From Patescibacteria group bacterium (GTDB lineage Bacteria > Patescibacteriota > Minisyncoccia > Phycocordibacterales > CAIZLB01), in assembly GCA_040384865.1 (NCBI GenBank), contig JAZKIM010000006.1, forward strand, positions 988-64,987: 64,000 nt of DNA. The letters are read 5' to 3'. The notes under the pieces are model-generated. The model was not told the DNA's origin and did not search any database. It saw only the letters and a program-made list of their open reading frames with translations. Both the position numbers and the translations under genes were made by a program. Each line of letters opens with the position of its first letter. Position 1 is the stretch's first letter. Below are positions 1-9,972 of the stretch, in pieces.

Positions 1-445
1 GCCCACCGCGTCACCTTGAGAAGTGACATTGCGGTGGTTGTCATACAGACAGCGCTACCAATTTAATGATTGCTCATTATTTCTATAGAACCATCTGCTG
101 ACCCCTACCCTCGGCGTTGAAAAGACCAAATGAACAATCTCTTGGTTTGTGCTTTCGCACTCGCCGTAGATTGGTTCATACCGGAGTAGGATTAAATTAT
201 CAAATTGCAGTCGTTCGGTATTCGTCTTTTGAAAGTTTTAGCGGCATTCTCTTAACGAGAAGACCGCTCTTTCGAGCGGTCTTCTCAAATACCCCTTTGA
301 CAGGGTTATTAGAGTTCCGCTTTAAGACGAGTCAACATATTGGACGTGGTGGTTATTATACAGACGGCGGAGGTGTTGTCAACTTGCATATAACGGCTTG
401 AAATATGAACATACTGATTAACCTCAGATTGACCCTTTTTAAACA

Positions 446-472
446 CAAAACCCGCTCTCGCGGGCTTTGTGA
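446..472 (-). terminator. Hairpin (aaacccgc-tctc-gcgggttt) just downstream of the membrane-protein gene; a second 13-bp-stem hairpin lies at 252-290
   Basis: Perfect short inverted repeats read directly; lies about 20 nt beyond the stop of the 494..1186 minus-strand gene. Confidence 0.4.
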
Positions 473-493
473 AAACAGAAATTTTAAAGAAAA

Positions 494-1186
494 TTACTGT
501 CTGTGTGTATACACCTCATTCTCAGCCTTCTGGATGAGTCTAGCTGCAGCGTCTCGGCCACCGAGACCAAAAGCGAGGCCAAAAGCCAAAGCGAACGCTA
601 CTACGATACCCATGAGCACGGTCTGAAAGAATGCTGGGGCAATATCCAACTGAAGGAACGCAGCGAAGACAGCGAAGACAATAATAGCCGCCTTTGCAAT
701 AGTTCCAAGAGCTTTTGCAGAATGAATATTTGCAGCAGCTGCACTTGCAGAAACAACCTTCTTAACCGCATCAGCAATAACGATCGATACCACAAGGATA
801 AGGACAGCAATGATAACGCGAGGTAAGTAACTTACAATAATAGTCTGGAGGAACAATGTCACTGGTTCAAGGCCCAGCACCTGCAAAGATGCGAGGAAGA
901 ACACAGCAATAATAAACCACTTAATTAAACCGCCAATGAATGCACCTGAATTCAAGGTGATACCACCTCGATGAAGAGCACTTTCAACACCAGCCTGTCT
1001 AAGAGCTGTATCTACTTTTGCTGTCTGAAACAATTTCTCGATGAGTGTACCGACAAGTGAACCAACCACCCATCCGATGATAAAGATGACGATGGCTACA
1101 AGAAGCGCAACGCCGAGCTGAATGACGCCGGGCCAAAGCGTAAGGAATGAATCACCGATCGCTTGACCCCAAGTGTTAAAAATCAT
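494..1186 (-). CDS. Integral membrane protein with repeated hydrophobic helices (conserved-TM-helix / MscS-like N-terminal region)
   Basis: 230-aa ORF; multiple long hydrophobic segments; no catalytic motif seen. Confidence 0.5.
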   Translation of the reverse strand: MIFNTWGQAIGDSFLTLWPGVIQLGVALLVAIVIFIIGWVVGSLVGTLIEKLFQTAKVDTALRQAGVESALHRGGITLNSGAFIGGLIKWFIIAVFFLASLQVLGLEPVTLFLQTIIVSYLPRVIIAVLILVVSIVIADAVKKVVSASAAAANIHSAKALGTIAKAAIIVFAVFAAFLQLDIAPAFFQTVLMGIVVAFALAFGLAFGLGGRDAAARLIQKAENEVYTHRQ

Positions 1187-1302
1187 ATCGAATATTAAGG
1201 TTATAACCAGTAAGGGCGACGTCCCTCACCTTGGCTTAATTGTATCACGACGGTATTAATTGTTTATTAATATCCACCTCATTAAGAAAGGGCTGTTTTT
1301 GC

Positions 1303-1884
1303 TTAAAAAATGTTCAACCTATCAAGAGCAACCTCGTGAGGATAGTCCAAAACGTCACGAATAAGGCGATCTCCAATGCTTAGACGATATTTAAAATCCT
1401 CAGAATCAAGGACGGCATAGCGAATCTCCTTCCCTATCTCAGCTTCAATGGTGGACATTACAGATTCCACAGCACCTTTTTTAGCATTATCAGTAACCAC
1501 AAGCATATCCAAACGATTCTCATCCCATTGCTCCTTAAAAAGTCCCGAGAGAATAAGAAGCTTTGGCCGTCCAAACTTAGAAAGGCGCTTAATGATTGTA
1601 TTCGGAGTAATAAGACTGGTTTGCAAAAGGAGACGCTGGAATTCATAAAGGTAAGGAAAACTTTCGTTCAGGTGCCAAACACTTCGTCCTCCAGGACCAG
1701 CCCTTTTTTTTGCAAGCCCGACCTTAACAAGAAAAGTGAGCTCTCGTCGCATTCGAGCAACGTCCACTTTTGCACGAGTAGAAATTTCCTCGGAATTAAA
1801 AGCTGACTTTGGATTAAACAAAAAAAGCCGCATCAGTTTTACACGGGGAGCTCCACCGAATATCTTCTCGAGTGTGTCATTCAT
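1303..1884 (-). CDS. Putative transcriptional regulator: N-terminal winged HTH plus C-terminal nucleotidyltransferase-like region
   Basis: 193 aa; N-terminal ArsR-like wHTH pattern (PRVKLMRLF...EISTRAKVDVARMRRELTFLVKVGL); C-terminal GL...D-x-LVVTD is reminiscent of the Pol-beta NTase fold. Confidence 0.4.
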   Translation of the reverse strand: MNDTLEKIFGGAPRVKLMRLFLFNPKSAFNSEEISTRAKVDVARMRRELTFLVKVGLAKKRAGPGGRSVWHLNESFPYLYEFQRLLLQTSLITPNTIIKRLSKFGRPKLLILSGLFKEQWDENRLDMLVVTDNAKKGAVESVMSTIEAEIGKEIRYAVLDSEDFKYRLSIGDRLIRDVLDYPHEVALDRLNIF

Positions 1885-1923
1885 GTATTCAATGTATCAG
1901 TTTTTGGACCTTTATGAAAGTGA

Positions 1924-1953
1924 ATGTCGCGGACGCTTACGCGCCCGCGACAT
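1924..1953 (-). terminator. Hairpin with a 9-bp perfect stem (atgtcgcgg...ccgcgacat) between the TrpD-like gene and the regulator
   Basis: Inverted repeat read directly. Confidence 0.35.
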
Positions 1954-1964
1954 AATACTGTCCA

Positions 1965-3005
1965 CTATTTCTGCATCGCCTGAAACACAGCCTTCGCAGC
2001 CCCGCTCCGAAGAAGCTCCTGGGCATACCTCACGCCATCAAACCATGAATCAACGACCTCTCCGAGATATAAACCGATTCCAGCATTCAGAAGTATGGTA
2101 TCCGTAACCGGCCCAGAAGCCCCATCTAGAACTGCTCGAATACGCATAGCGCTTTGAAAACTATTCTCGACACAAAGATGCTGTCGAGAAGAGGGTCTCA
2201 TGCCAACGCTGGGTAAATCAGAAGTCCAAAGTTCATGTTTCTTGTTGACCACAGAGGATCCACCGACAGAAAACACAAACTCATACGCCTCGCCTTTTCC
2301 TTCAAGGGTTATCTCGTCGACCCCGCCATGGCCAATCAAAATAATTATATGTCTGCCTCCTAATTCCTGAGCGGCTCTGGAAACTTGCTCTAGTGCCTTA
2401 TATCCAGTAACACCGACCAGTTGAACAGCTATGCCTAGCGGGTTCGCAAGAGGAAGAGCAAGATTGAAGATGGTGCTGCCTCCAATTTCTTTTCGGATAC
2501 GATTTATCCGACCAAGCGTTGGGTGAAAAGCAGGCGCGCTCATAAAGCAAACCCGATACCTTTCAAGATCTTCCAAGGCTTCCTGAAGGTTTTCCGCTGT
2601 CCGTACACCGAGCTCACGAAGCACATCGAGACTTCCGGACGTGCCGCTTGACGATCCCCCGCAATGTTTTGCTACAGGCAGACAATTCTCAGCCGCAGCC
2701 AGTATGAAAGCGGTTGCTGTTGAAATATTCACCGTACTAGCACCATCAGACCCGGTACCACAAATATCCATCAAATCCGGGCGAATACTCCTTTGCGGAT
2801 AACCGCCGACAGATCTAACTGCCAGCACCGTACCAACGACTTCAAGGAATGTTTCTTTTTTCATCTGCAGCGCCATGAGAATAGCTCCTATCAAGGAGTC
2901 GGGGATACTCGAATCAGTGAGAAGCAGTGAGAATAATTCTTCCGCCTCCCTAGCTGACAAATTTGTTCCCTTTCTAATCTTTGCAAGTTCTTGTTTAAGA
3001 TTCAT
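1965..3005 (-). CDS. Anthranilate phosphoribosyltransferase family protein (glycosyltransferase family 3, TrpD/TrpD2-like)
   Basis: 346 aa; the CGTGSDGASTVNISTATAFILAAA motif matches the TrpD GTGGD/NISTA signature; no other trp genes nearby. Confidence 0.7.
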   Translation of the reverse strand: MNLKQELAKIRKGTNLSAREAEELFSLLLTDSSIPDSLIGAILMALQMKKETFLEVVGTVLAVRSVGGYPQRSIRPDLMDICGTGSDGASTVNISTATAFILAAAENCLPVAKHCGGSSSGTSGSLDVLRELGVRTAENLQEALEDLERYRVCFMSAPAFHPTLGRINRIRKEIGGSTIFNLALPLANPLGIAVQLVGVTGYKALEQVSRAAQELGGRHIIILIGHGGVDEITLEGKGEAYEFVFSVGGSSVVNKKHELWTSDLPSVGMRPSSRQHLCVENSFQSAMRIRAVLDGASGPVTDTILLNAGIGLYLGEVVDSWFDGVRYAQELLRSGAAKAVFQAMQK

Positions 3006-3103
3006 GATGTGAGGTTCTATTGGTTGAGGTTGAAATCTACCGTTACCCTACCACACTCATAACTTCCGTACAAAACCAATCTTAGATTGGAACAATACAA
3101 ACA

Positions 3104-3136
3104 AAAAAGACCCCTTTCGGGGTCATTTTTGTTTGT
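3104..3136 (-). terminator. Rho-independent terminator after rplL (aaaagacccctttcggggtcattttt)
   Basis: GC stem, tetraloop, T-run. Confidence 0.7.
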
Positions 3137-3139
3137 ATA

Positions 3140-3544
3140 TTATTTCAACTCAGCCTTTCCACCAGCAGTGTCAATTGCTGCCTTCAAAGCATCAGCTTCT
3201 TCTTTCTTCATTCCTTCTTTAAGAACTGAAGGTGCTGCATCAACGAGATCCTTTGCTTCCTTGAGACCAAGACCTAGGACTTCTTTGACTACCTTGATGA
3301 TAGCGATCTTGTTCGCACCAGCATCAGTTAGGTGAACATTGAAACTTGTCTTCTCTTCGGCTGCAGGGCCAGCAGCAGGGCCAGCCACTGCAACAGCAGC
3401 TGCTGATACGCCGAATTTCTTTTCAAGAAACTTCACAAGTTCATGAAGTTCAATAACTGTCATTTTCTCAATAGACTCAACGAGAGTCTTAAAATGAGAT
3501 GGTGTTTCAACAACTTCCGTTGTTGTATTCTGTTCGTCTGTCAT
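3140..3544 (-). CDS. rplL: 50S ribosomal protein L7/L12
   Basis: 134 aa; Ala/Gly-rich hinge and C-terminal domain KEAKDLVD...[19 protein letters not shown]. Confidence 0.95.
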   Translation of the reverse strand: MTDEQNTTTEVVETPSHFKTLVESIEKMTVIELHELVKFLEKKFGVSAAAVAVAGPAAGPAAEEKTSFNVHLTDAGANKIAIIKVVKEVLGLGLKEAKDLVDAAPSVLKEGMKKEEADALKAAIDTAGGKAELK

Positions 3545-3584
3545 AAATTTAATTAATTATTTTAAACCGATTAATGTTACTGTC

Positions 3585-4073
3585 TTAAGCCTTCTTCTCT
3601 GCAATAGCATTGAGCGCCAATACCAATCCTTGAATAGGTGAGTTGATAAGATTGACGAATTGAGCATGGAGCGTCTTCTGAGAAGGGATGGAAGCAATTG
3701 TAATCATTTCCTCCATAGTCTTGTACGCACCGTCGAAGATTCCACCGAGAATTGATACGCGACCATCGAGTTTCTTTTGAAAGTCATAAATCTCTCGAGC
3801 AGGAGCGATGATGTCAGCACCATAAACGAGTGCGAGTTCACCGACAAGCGCTGGCATTTCGCCAGCATAGCCACCTTCGTTCAAAGCTCGCTTAGCGAGA
3901 GTCTTCTTTGCAACAAAGTAACCAAGATCTTTCGATCGAAGTTCCTTTCGAATGCTTGTAGTCTCAGAAACTGGAAGTTTGTGAAAATTTACAAACACTA
4001 CAGTCTTTGCTTTTGAAAGAACATCCTTCACTGCAGATACGATTTCACTTTTCTTTGCCTTGTTAATAGCCAT
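3585..4073 (-). CDS. rplJ: 50S ribosomal protein L10
   Basis: 162 aa; L10 family pattern immediately upstream of rplL. Confidence 0.9.
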   Translation of the reverse strand: MAINKAKKSEIVSAVKDVLSKAKTVVFVNFHKLPVSETTSIRKELRSKDLGYFVAKKTLAKRALNEGGYAGEMPALVGELALVYGADIIAPAREIYDFQKKLDGRVSILGGIFDGAYKTMEEMITIASIPSQKTLHAQFVNLINSPIQGLVLALNAIAEKKA

Positions 4074-4269
4074 AGTGATTTATATAAGGTTCTGTTATTT
4101 TTTTTGTTTTCGACCGGGCCTGAATGACGAAGCCCGCACTTTCGTACGGACTTCAAAGGAGGGTTGGAACAACGTAGGACAGGCAAGTGCCTATCCTTCC
4201 CTATTCCGACCTCTGCACAGGGCTTATTGCTGCCTGTGGTCTTTGAAGCCTTAGGCAGAGATTAACACA
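4074..4269 (-). promoter_or_regulatory. Structured 5' leader of the rplJ-rplL operon (candidate L10 autoregulatory leader)
   Basis: About 195 nt non-coding, relatively GC-rich, with several stem-capable segments directly upstream of rplJ; position is analogous to known L10 leaders. Confidence 0.3.
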
Positions 4270-7200
4270 CTAGGCAGATTCTGCCAAGGCCGAAAAGATC
4301 GTGTTAAGCCTTTGGAACTGGTAGTACAAAATGGTTGTATCCTGAACAATTGGCTCAACCAACTTCTTTATTTTTATTTTCTTTTGCATAAAGTTGTAGA
4401 CTTTCATAGCAGTAGCTAAATTACGTGTAATTCTTACTGTTTCCTTGTAAGCTTTTTCAACACCTCCCTTTTGGATCGTCTTCTGTATTAGATCAAGTTC
4501 ACGAATGTATTTATCTCGTATATGTTTAATTTGAACTTGAGACACTATTACCGCCCTCGCTAAAGTAATTGCGGTGGTTGAATCCAATTCAGAGGATTGC
4601 GAATCTGGAAAAAGCTCTTCATCTTTAAAACCATCGGCGTTGTAATCGATTGTCATAAGACTTGAGGAGGCGGGGATAAATTCAGCTGTCATTCCTTCAA
4701 TCGTTGGCACATTGGAATATTCCATTTTTGATATGACATTATCGCCTTGAAATTCTGTAGCTGTGAATCTAAAAATTCCCGTATCGAGTCCTGTTAGCAC
4801 AATCTTTGCTGGCAACGTTGAAGTGATAATTGTCTTGGCTTCACCGAAATTATCATACTGGCTGTTAGGAATCTCCTGTAATACAAAACCAATTTGATCT
4901 TCAACTGCCTCTTTTACGAGCCCTGTTCGTTTTCCGTCTTGGTCATAGGCCATTATAGCGACAGGTGAATGAACTGAGAATTCATAGCGTTTCCGGGGAT
5001 CATCTGTCATTGACTGCTTACTAACAAAGGGCGGTAATTTTGACAATTCACCACGCAATATTGAAACTATCATTTGTTGAATTACAGGGATACTCATCAT
5101 ATTAGAGTGCTGATAGTTTTGTTTTGTCTCCAGGTTAAGAGCAGAAATATCAACAGCATACACGTCACCGCTTCTAATACTCAGCTCTCCTGCCAACACC
5201 ACTCCGTCGCCATCAGCAGAATAAACCCTTGTACGATCAATTTTAGTTTTGTCTCCTTTCTTTGTATATCGATATGATATTCCTGTTGTCGTATTTCTTC
5301 CCACCCCCACAATATTAGTTACACCCACCAAACCAGATAACGAAGATGATTGAAAAAGTCCATCCATACTCTGATGAAAGTTTTCAGACCTTACCAGCAA
5401 ACCGCTGTTAAGGACGCTCGGCTGATCAATACTTTTAGTATCCACACGATCTCCTTTTGAAGCTACGAGAAAGTTCTCCAACTGAATACGATCGGTAATT
5501 GTATTGCCGTACTTTGAGGCGGGACTCAAGGCAGGATCTGAGTCGGCTGTAAAAGTAATGACAGGAGGGCTTGATGAACCAAAATACTTTTGGGAAGGCA
5601 AAAGAGAATATGCGGCTGACATATTTTTCGACAAATCACGTGCGGTAGATTTGCTAAGAATGAGCCCTCCTAAAATACTCTGGCCGTCACCGTGAAGCAT
5701 GTCTCCAACGGCCTGTGGTGTTCCATATTCAGGTGCTCCAACCATGATCAAACGATCAACCAAACTCCCCTTCCCTTTATCAAAAAGATTTTTAATAAAA
5801 GTCTTGGCTACCAACCCTCCATTACTATGGGTCAGTATGGAAACCTTCCCTGTCTTTGAATTATTTACCAGACTGTTAAACAATATCTCTAGGGAAGTGG
5901 TAGCATTCTTTTCAAGCATTATCTGCCTGTTTGCAACTTCATCAGGGTTACCCCTCCAATCATACGGAGCGGCTGTCCATGCGGCAATCATACTCTGAGA
6001 CACAAGGCTCGCAAGAAAATTGCTTATCCCATCGTACACACCCACATCGAACAATCCCCCAGACAAATTTGTCTTTCTTATAACGTCACGAGTATAAACA
6101 TTCTTTTCTATACTGTTACCATTCGAGTCGAGAAATAGTTTTTTAACATCAGCATTTGTGTTAGGTTCCCACAACTGGTTCTCAGTCCAATTCCTTACAT
6201 AAAGTCTACTCGCTTCAATGCCAGGGATAAACAGGATGCTCGAACAACAGATAATGGCATTAGGTTTTTCTATAAGCCACGGTATAAACACAACATCATC
6301 AGTGACAATTTGCCCTGTTCCTGCTGGATTTGTTTTCTTGTTGTATGGACCATTGGCACTCCCCCACCAATTTTTCGAAGCGGTTACAGGGCCTCCATAA
6401 GCGATCATTCCATAAGATTTATTCTCTTCAATACTACTATTCATTATAGTAGTTGATGAGTTATATGATTCAACACCAATATCATTTCTTTCAAACAAAC
6501 TATTTCTTATATCCACCCCTCCGTTTGAATGCGCTAATAAGCCACTGGCCTTACTGTCAGTGATTGAAACTCCATCAAGGATTACGGATGCACCATTAAA
6601 AACTTCAACTCCTACGGAGGGAGATTGAAGAAACGTCGAGGCAGAAATAGACATACTAGTTTTACCCTGAGAATTCCATCCATCAAAAATACTAATAGCG
6701 GCTTTATATCCAGACTTCTGAAAAGATGTCTGTCTTATGTCTCCATGAGAGTTGTTGTATATATCTAATACGTGAGGAGTGTTAACTCCTGAGAATAAAT
6801 TGTCAGCGAGAGAAATAGTACTACCGCTGTATACGATCATATATGATCTACTCCCTTGTATGTTTTCAAAATGCGAGTGAACTATCTCCACCTTCCCTCC
6901 GATAGACTCAATTATAGGCCCCTCACCTGTTGCGTTAGTGAATTGCATGTATAAATTTCCACCCACAATATTCATGGGCGCTAAAAGTTTCCTAGGATTT
7001 ACGAGCTCAATTGAAATTTGCCTCGAAGATGTGCCTTGAAATTTTAATGTTCCGCTTACTTTAATTTGTCCTCCGTCAAATCGAATCGTTGTTCCCTCTT
7101 CAACAACTATCTCTCTTCCGAGTGGAATATAAATATCTGCCGCTGATACTGTATACGGACCGTTCTCAGCTGTGATATATGAATGCTCGTTAATAAACAA

Positions 7201-7287
7201 CTGAGTTATTTCTGTCTCAGCATAGATAAGACGCGGCAAACTAACGATGAATAAACTAATAAAGAAAACTATGGTCTTTGATTTCAT
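4270..7287 (-). CDS. Large secreted multidomain protein: signal peptide, right-handed beta-helix region and alpha/beta-hydrolase (PGAP1/lipase-like, HSxGG) domain
   Basis: 1005 aa; N-terminal MKSKTIVFFISLFIVSLPRLIYA signal; repeated N-x-S/G beta-helix-like segments; LTHSNGGLVAKTF nucleophile-elbow-like motif. Confidence 0.6.
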   Translation of the reverse strand: MKSKTIVFFISLFIVSLPRLIYAETEITQLFINEHSYITAENGPYTVSAADIYIPLGREIVVEEGTTIRFDGGQIKVSGTLKFQGTSSRQISIELVNPRKLLAPMNIVGGNLYMQFTNATGEGPIIESIGGKVEIVHSHFENIQGSRSYMIVYSGSTISLADNLFSGVNTPHVLDIYNNSHGDIRQTSFQKSGYKAAISIFDGWNSQGKTSMSISASTFLQSPSVGVEVFNGASVILDGVSITDSKASGLLAHSNGGVDIRNSLFERNDIGVESYNSSTTIMNSSIEENKSYGMIAYGGPVTASKNWWGSANGPYNKKTNPAGTGQIVTDDVVFIPWLIEKPNAIICCSSILFIPGIEASRLYVRNWTENQLWEPNTNADVKKLFLDSNGNSIEKNVYTRDVIRKTNLSGGLFDVGVYDGISNFLASLVSQSMIAAWTAAPYDWRGNPDEVANRQIMLEKNATTSLEILFNSLVNNSKTGKVSILTHSNGGLVAKTFIKNLFDKGKGSLVDRLIMVGAPEYGTPQAVGDMLHGDGQSILGGLILSKSTARDLSKNMSAAYSLLPSQKYFGSSSPPVITFTADSDPALSPASKYGNTITDRIQLENFLVASKGDRVDTKSIDQPSVLNSGLLVRSENFHQSMDGLFQSSSLSGLVGVTNIVGVGRNTTTGISYRYTKKGDKTKIDRTRVYSADGDGVVLAGELSIRSGDVYAVDISALNLETKQNYQHSNMMSIPVIQQMIVSILRGELSKLPPFVSKQSMTDDPRKRYEFSVHSPVAIMAYDQDGKRTGLVKEAVEDQIGFVLQEIPNSQYDNFGEAKTIITSTLPAKIVLTGLDTGIFRFTATEFQGDNVISKMEYSNVPTIEGMTAEFIPASSSLMTIDYNADGFKDEELFPDSQSSELDSTTAITLARAVIVSQVQIKHIRDKYIRELDLIQKTIQKGGVEKAYKETVRITRNLATAMKVYNFMQKKIKIKKLVEPIVQDTTILYYQFQRLNTIFSALAESA

Positions 7288-7484
7288 GTGACCATTATCC
7301 GCGCAGCCTATTAAACAAAGTTCAAAAAAATATCAAAGGAAACCTATCTCAAATGAAAGTAACTAGTGGTAAACAGGACGACAAACCCCGCAATCAAAAT
7401 TCCAAGGAAACCACATATTAATTTGAAGGATGTTTTATCGAGCATGTTAATGTCCTAATTTTATACTAAATAACCAAAACAAAA

Positions 7485-7520
7485 AGCCCACCCCTTGCGG
7501 AGTGGACTTTTTGTCTAGTG
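7485..7520 (-). terminator. Rho-independent terminator after the PG-binding surface protein gene (aaaaagcccaccccttgcggagtggacttttt)
   Basis: Stem, tetraloop, flanking A/T runs. Confidence 0.6.
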
Positions 7521-7574
7521 TTACCTAGTACCTAGATCAGTCGTGTGACTGATGAATCTAGACTACAGAATTGC

Positions 7575-9428
7575 TTACTTAATGAAGTTAGCAGCTGCTG
7601 ATGTCTTGAAATCATCTAGACCCCATGTCTGAAGCTGTGTATTTGCGTCAACTGTCCATCCAATTGCTACGACAGCAGCATTGTAGAGACCACTCTGAGG
7701 TACAGAAGCTGAAGGCAACTGTGCTGTCAAAGTAACCTGTGCTGTTGAACCATCAGCGATAGCATTGTTAGGAATCGTTACAACGCTCTTTGTGACGCCT
7801 ACAGATGTAGCATCAGCTGAAGTTGTACCGAACTTAACTGTGAAGTCGCTAGATGAAGCCTGGAGCATTGTTCCACCAAGAGCTGTTACGTTGAATGTGA
7901 ATGTAGCAACGAGAGCTGTTGATGATCCAGATGTATTTGTTCCAGAGATCGCAATTGTAGGTGTGCTAGCAAGTACAAACTGAGCAACGTCTACGAAGAC
8001 GTACTGGTTTACACCGTTAACCGCTGTAGAAACAGTTGCTGAAGAACCATTTGGCTTTTCGTATACAACTGAAGTTACAGATGTTGATGCGATGTAAGAA
8101 CCTGTAGATGTAGCTGGGAAGCCAATCTTGACAGAGAGTGTCTTTGTAACATCCTGACCAACCGTAACGCTGAGGTTATCGAATGATACTGATGTGCTAC
8201 CAGTCTTAGAGCTCAAGAGTGTTGAACCATCGTACAAGTAGAAAACAAGATCAGATCCGTTAACACCAGTCAAAGAAGATGTCGCGTTAACAGTCAAGAT
8301 CTTTGAAGCGCCAGTTTCTGACTTAACGTTGAAGTTAAGAACAGGGGCAACAACAGAGTCTGTTGTGTTAACTCGGTAGTTCTGTGATCGAAGTGGGCTT
8401 GCAGCTGAAGAGAGTGTCAAAGTAGCTGTACCAGGCTTCTTGAAGGTGTGTGTACGTGTGTACGCAGAACCGTCGATTGAGTAGAAGCTGCTGATGTTGT
8501 TACCTGAAACTGCTCGAACAGATGATGAGCCGTATCCGTCAATAGTCACAACTCGGTCAGAGTCAATTGAGTTTGTGCTGAATGACACTGTAAGAACCTT
8601 TGTTGAATCAACTGGAACCACGAAGTTCAAACCTGAAAGTCGTACGTAGTACACCTGGTTTGAGTCCTTTGTGAATGTTGTTGATGTTACAGGAACTGTA
8701 GCGATAACGTTTGAGCCGTCCCAAACCTTGATCGTGTTGATCAAAGTAGATGGGTTTTCAGCTGAACCGCTAAGCGTTACTGCAACCTGAAGGTCAACAG
8801 TCTGAACTACAGACTGTGCAATCTTACCCTTGAATTCAATACCGTATACAGGAACATCTGTTGATGTCTGAACATTAGCATTGTTTGTAGGAGTAGCTGC
8901 AAGTGAAACTGTCAATGAACCTTCAACTCCAGAAGTTACTGGTGTTGTGTTCGTTGATGAGCAAGGCTGACCAGTTACTGAGTTGTAAGCTGCACCAGCA
9001 GAGCATCCAGGAACTGTTGACTGGCCTGCGCAAGGCTGACCAGTTACTGAGTTGTAGATAGCGCCAGCTGAGCAACCAGGTGTTGAAACGATACCACCAG
9101 CCATGTCAGCCTGTACTGCAGCGCGAGTGATCGCACCGAAGTATCCTGCTGTAGGAGTGATACCCTTCATTGACTGGTAAGCTGATACCGCTGATCGAGT
9201 AAGGGCACCGAAGTATCCCTTAGCTACGCCAGCAGGTATTGTGAGAAGACCCTTAGACTCAAGGAAAGTCTGAAGAGCAACCACGTCTGCACCTCTGCTT
9301 CCAATCGTAAGATTAGAAGAGAAAGTGTAGGCTGAAGTTGTCATGACCTGCGCTGATGTTGCTACTGGAGCAACGATAGTCAACGCGAGAGCAAGAGCAA
9401 CAACAACAGAAACAATTTTCTTTATCAT
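7575..9428 (-). CDS. Secreted surface protein with two peptidoglycan-binding (PG_binding_1-like) domains, two Cys-containing tandem repeats and a long Thr/Ser/Val-rich beta region
   Basis: 617 aa; signal peptide; duplicated ...GYFGA(L/I)TR(S/A)AV... PG-binding motifs; tandem PGCSAGA(I/A)YNSVTGQPC repeat, also visible as a roughly 63-bp nucleotide tandem repeat near 8960-9085. Confidence 0.65.
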   Translation of the reverse strand: MIKKIVSVVVALALALTIVAPVATSAQVMTTSAYTFSSNLTIGSRGADVVALQTFLESKGLLTIPAGVAKGYFGALTRSAVSAYQSMKGITPTAGYFGAITRAAVQADMAGGIVSTPGCSAGAIYNSVTGQPCAGQSTVPGCSAGAAYNSVTGQPCSSTNTTPVTSGVEGSLTVSLAATPTNNANVQTSTDVPVYGIEFKGKIAQSVVQTVDLQVAVTLSGSAENPSTLINTIKVWDGSNVIATVPVTSTTFTKDSNQVYYVRLSGLNFVVPVDSTKVLTVSFSTNSIDSDRVVTIDGYGSSSVRAVSGNNISSFYSIDGSAYTRTHTFKKPGTATLTLSSAASPLRSQNYRVNTTDSVVAPVLNFNVKSETGASKILTVNATSSLTGVNGSDLVFYLYDGSTLLSSKTGSTSVSFDNLSVTVGQDVTKTLSVKIGFPATSTGSYIASTSVTSVVYEKPNGSSATVSTAVNGVNQYVFVDVAQFVLASTPTIAISGTNTSGSSTALVATFTFNVTALGGTMLQASSSDFTVKFGTTSADATSVGVTKSVVTIPNNAIADGSTAQVTLTAQLPSASVPQSGLYNAAVVAIGWTVDANTQLQTWGLDDFKTSAAANFIK

Positions 9429-9525
9429 ATGTGTTGTAATTTATAATTTAAAAAATATCCTATCCACTTAATTAATAATCATTTAGTAATGTGTGGAATC
9501 AAATACTTTTCGGGTTAATACTGAT

Positions 9526-9600
9526 TTGCGAACCCGTAATGATTCTGGATAGAACATTTCTGTTCCGCCAGCACCATTACGGGTTCGCAATTTTCTATCC
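9526..9600. promoter_or_regulatory. Perfect 16-bp inverted repeat (ttgcgaacccgtaatg / cattacgggttcgcaa) enclosing a nested 5-bp hairpin (gaaca-tttc-tgttc)
   Basis: Read directly; sits in the 545-bp intergenic region between the regulator and the surface-protein gene. Confidence 0.5.
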
Positions 9601-9972
9601 TATCTATGAATTCGTTTTTAACGCGAACGCATACCACTCCCCCGCCTCATATGTTATCGACACGAGGCAAGGAAAAGTTGTTGAGTTTAAGAGGAAGTTC
9701 GGAATGTCTATTCATGAAGGAATAAAGCAGAATTTCTGATATTTTGAAACCATCTATTATATTGTCAAAGTTCGGTCTTTCGGAAATTATAGTACGGGGC
9801 TTATCTTAAACCAAACTTTCGTGTGGATAAGTGCTGCCAAATCAACTGACTTGAAAACAGCCCCGGTCTTTCTGGTGATACACCTAATGACGGCGTACAA
9901 GTGAATATATTACAGAAAATAGGCCCTATAGTCAACAAAACCTTAATATTGTGTAATTTGTACCCATTCAGC

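Noticed and set aside
117-401. 94-aa + strand ORF at the window start
   Set aside because: It overlaps two strong hairpins, has no RBS, and has an Arg/Leu-rich low-complexity translation. The region looks non-coding and could be a structured RNA or terminator region. I could not match it to 5S, RNase P or tmRNA motifs.
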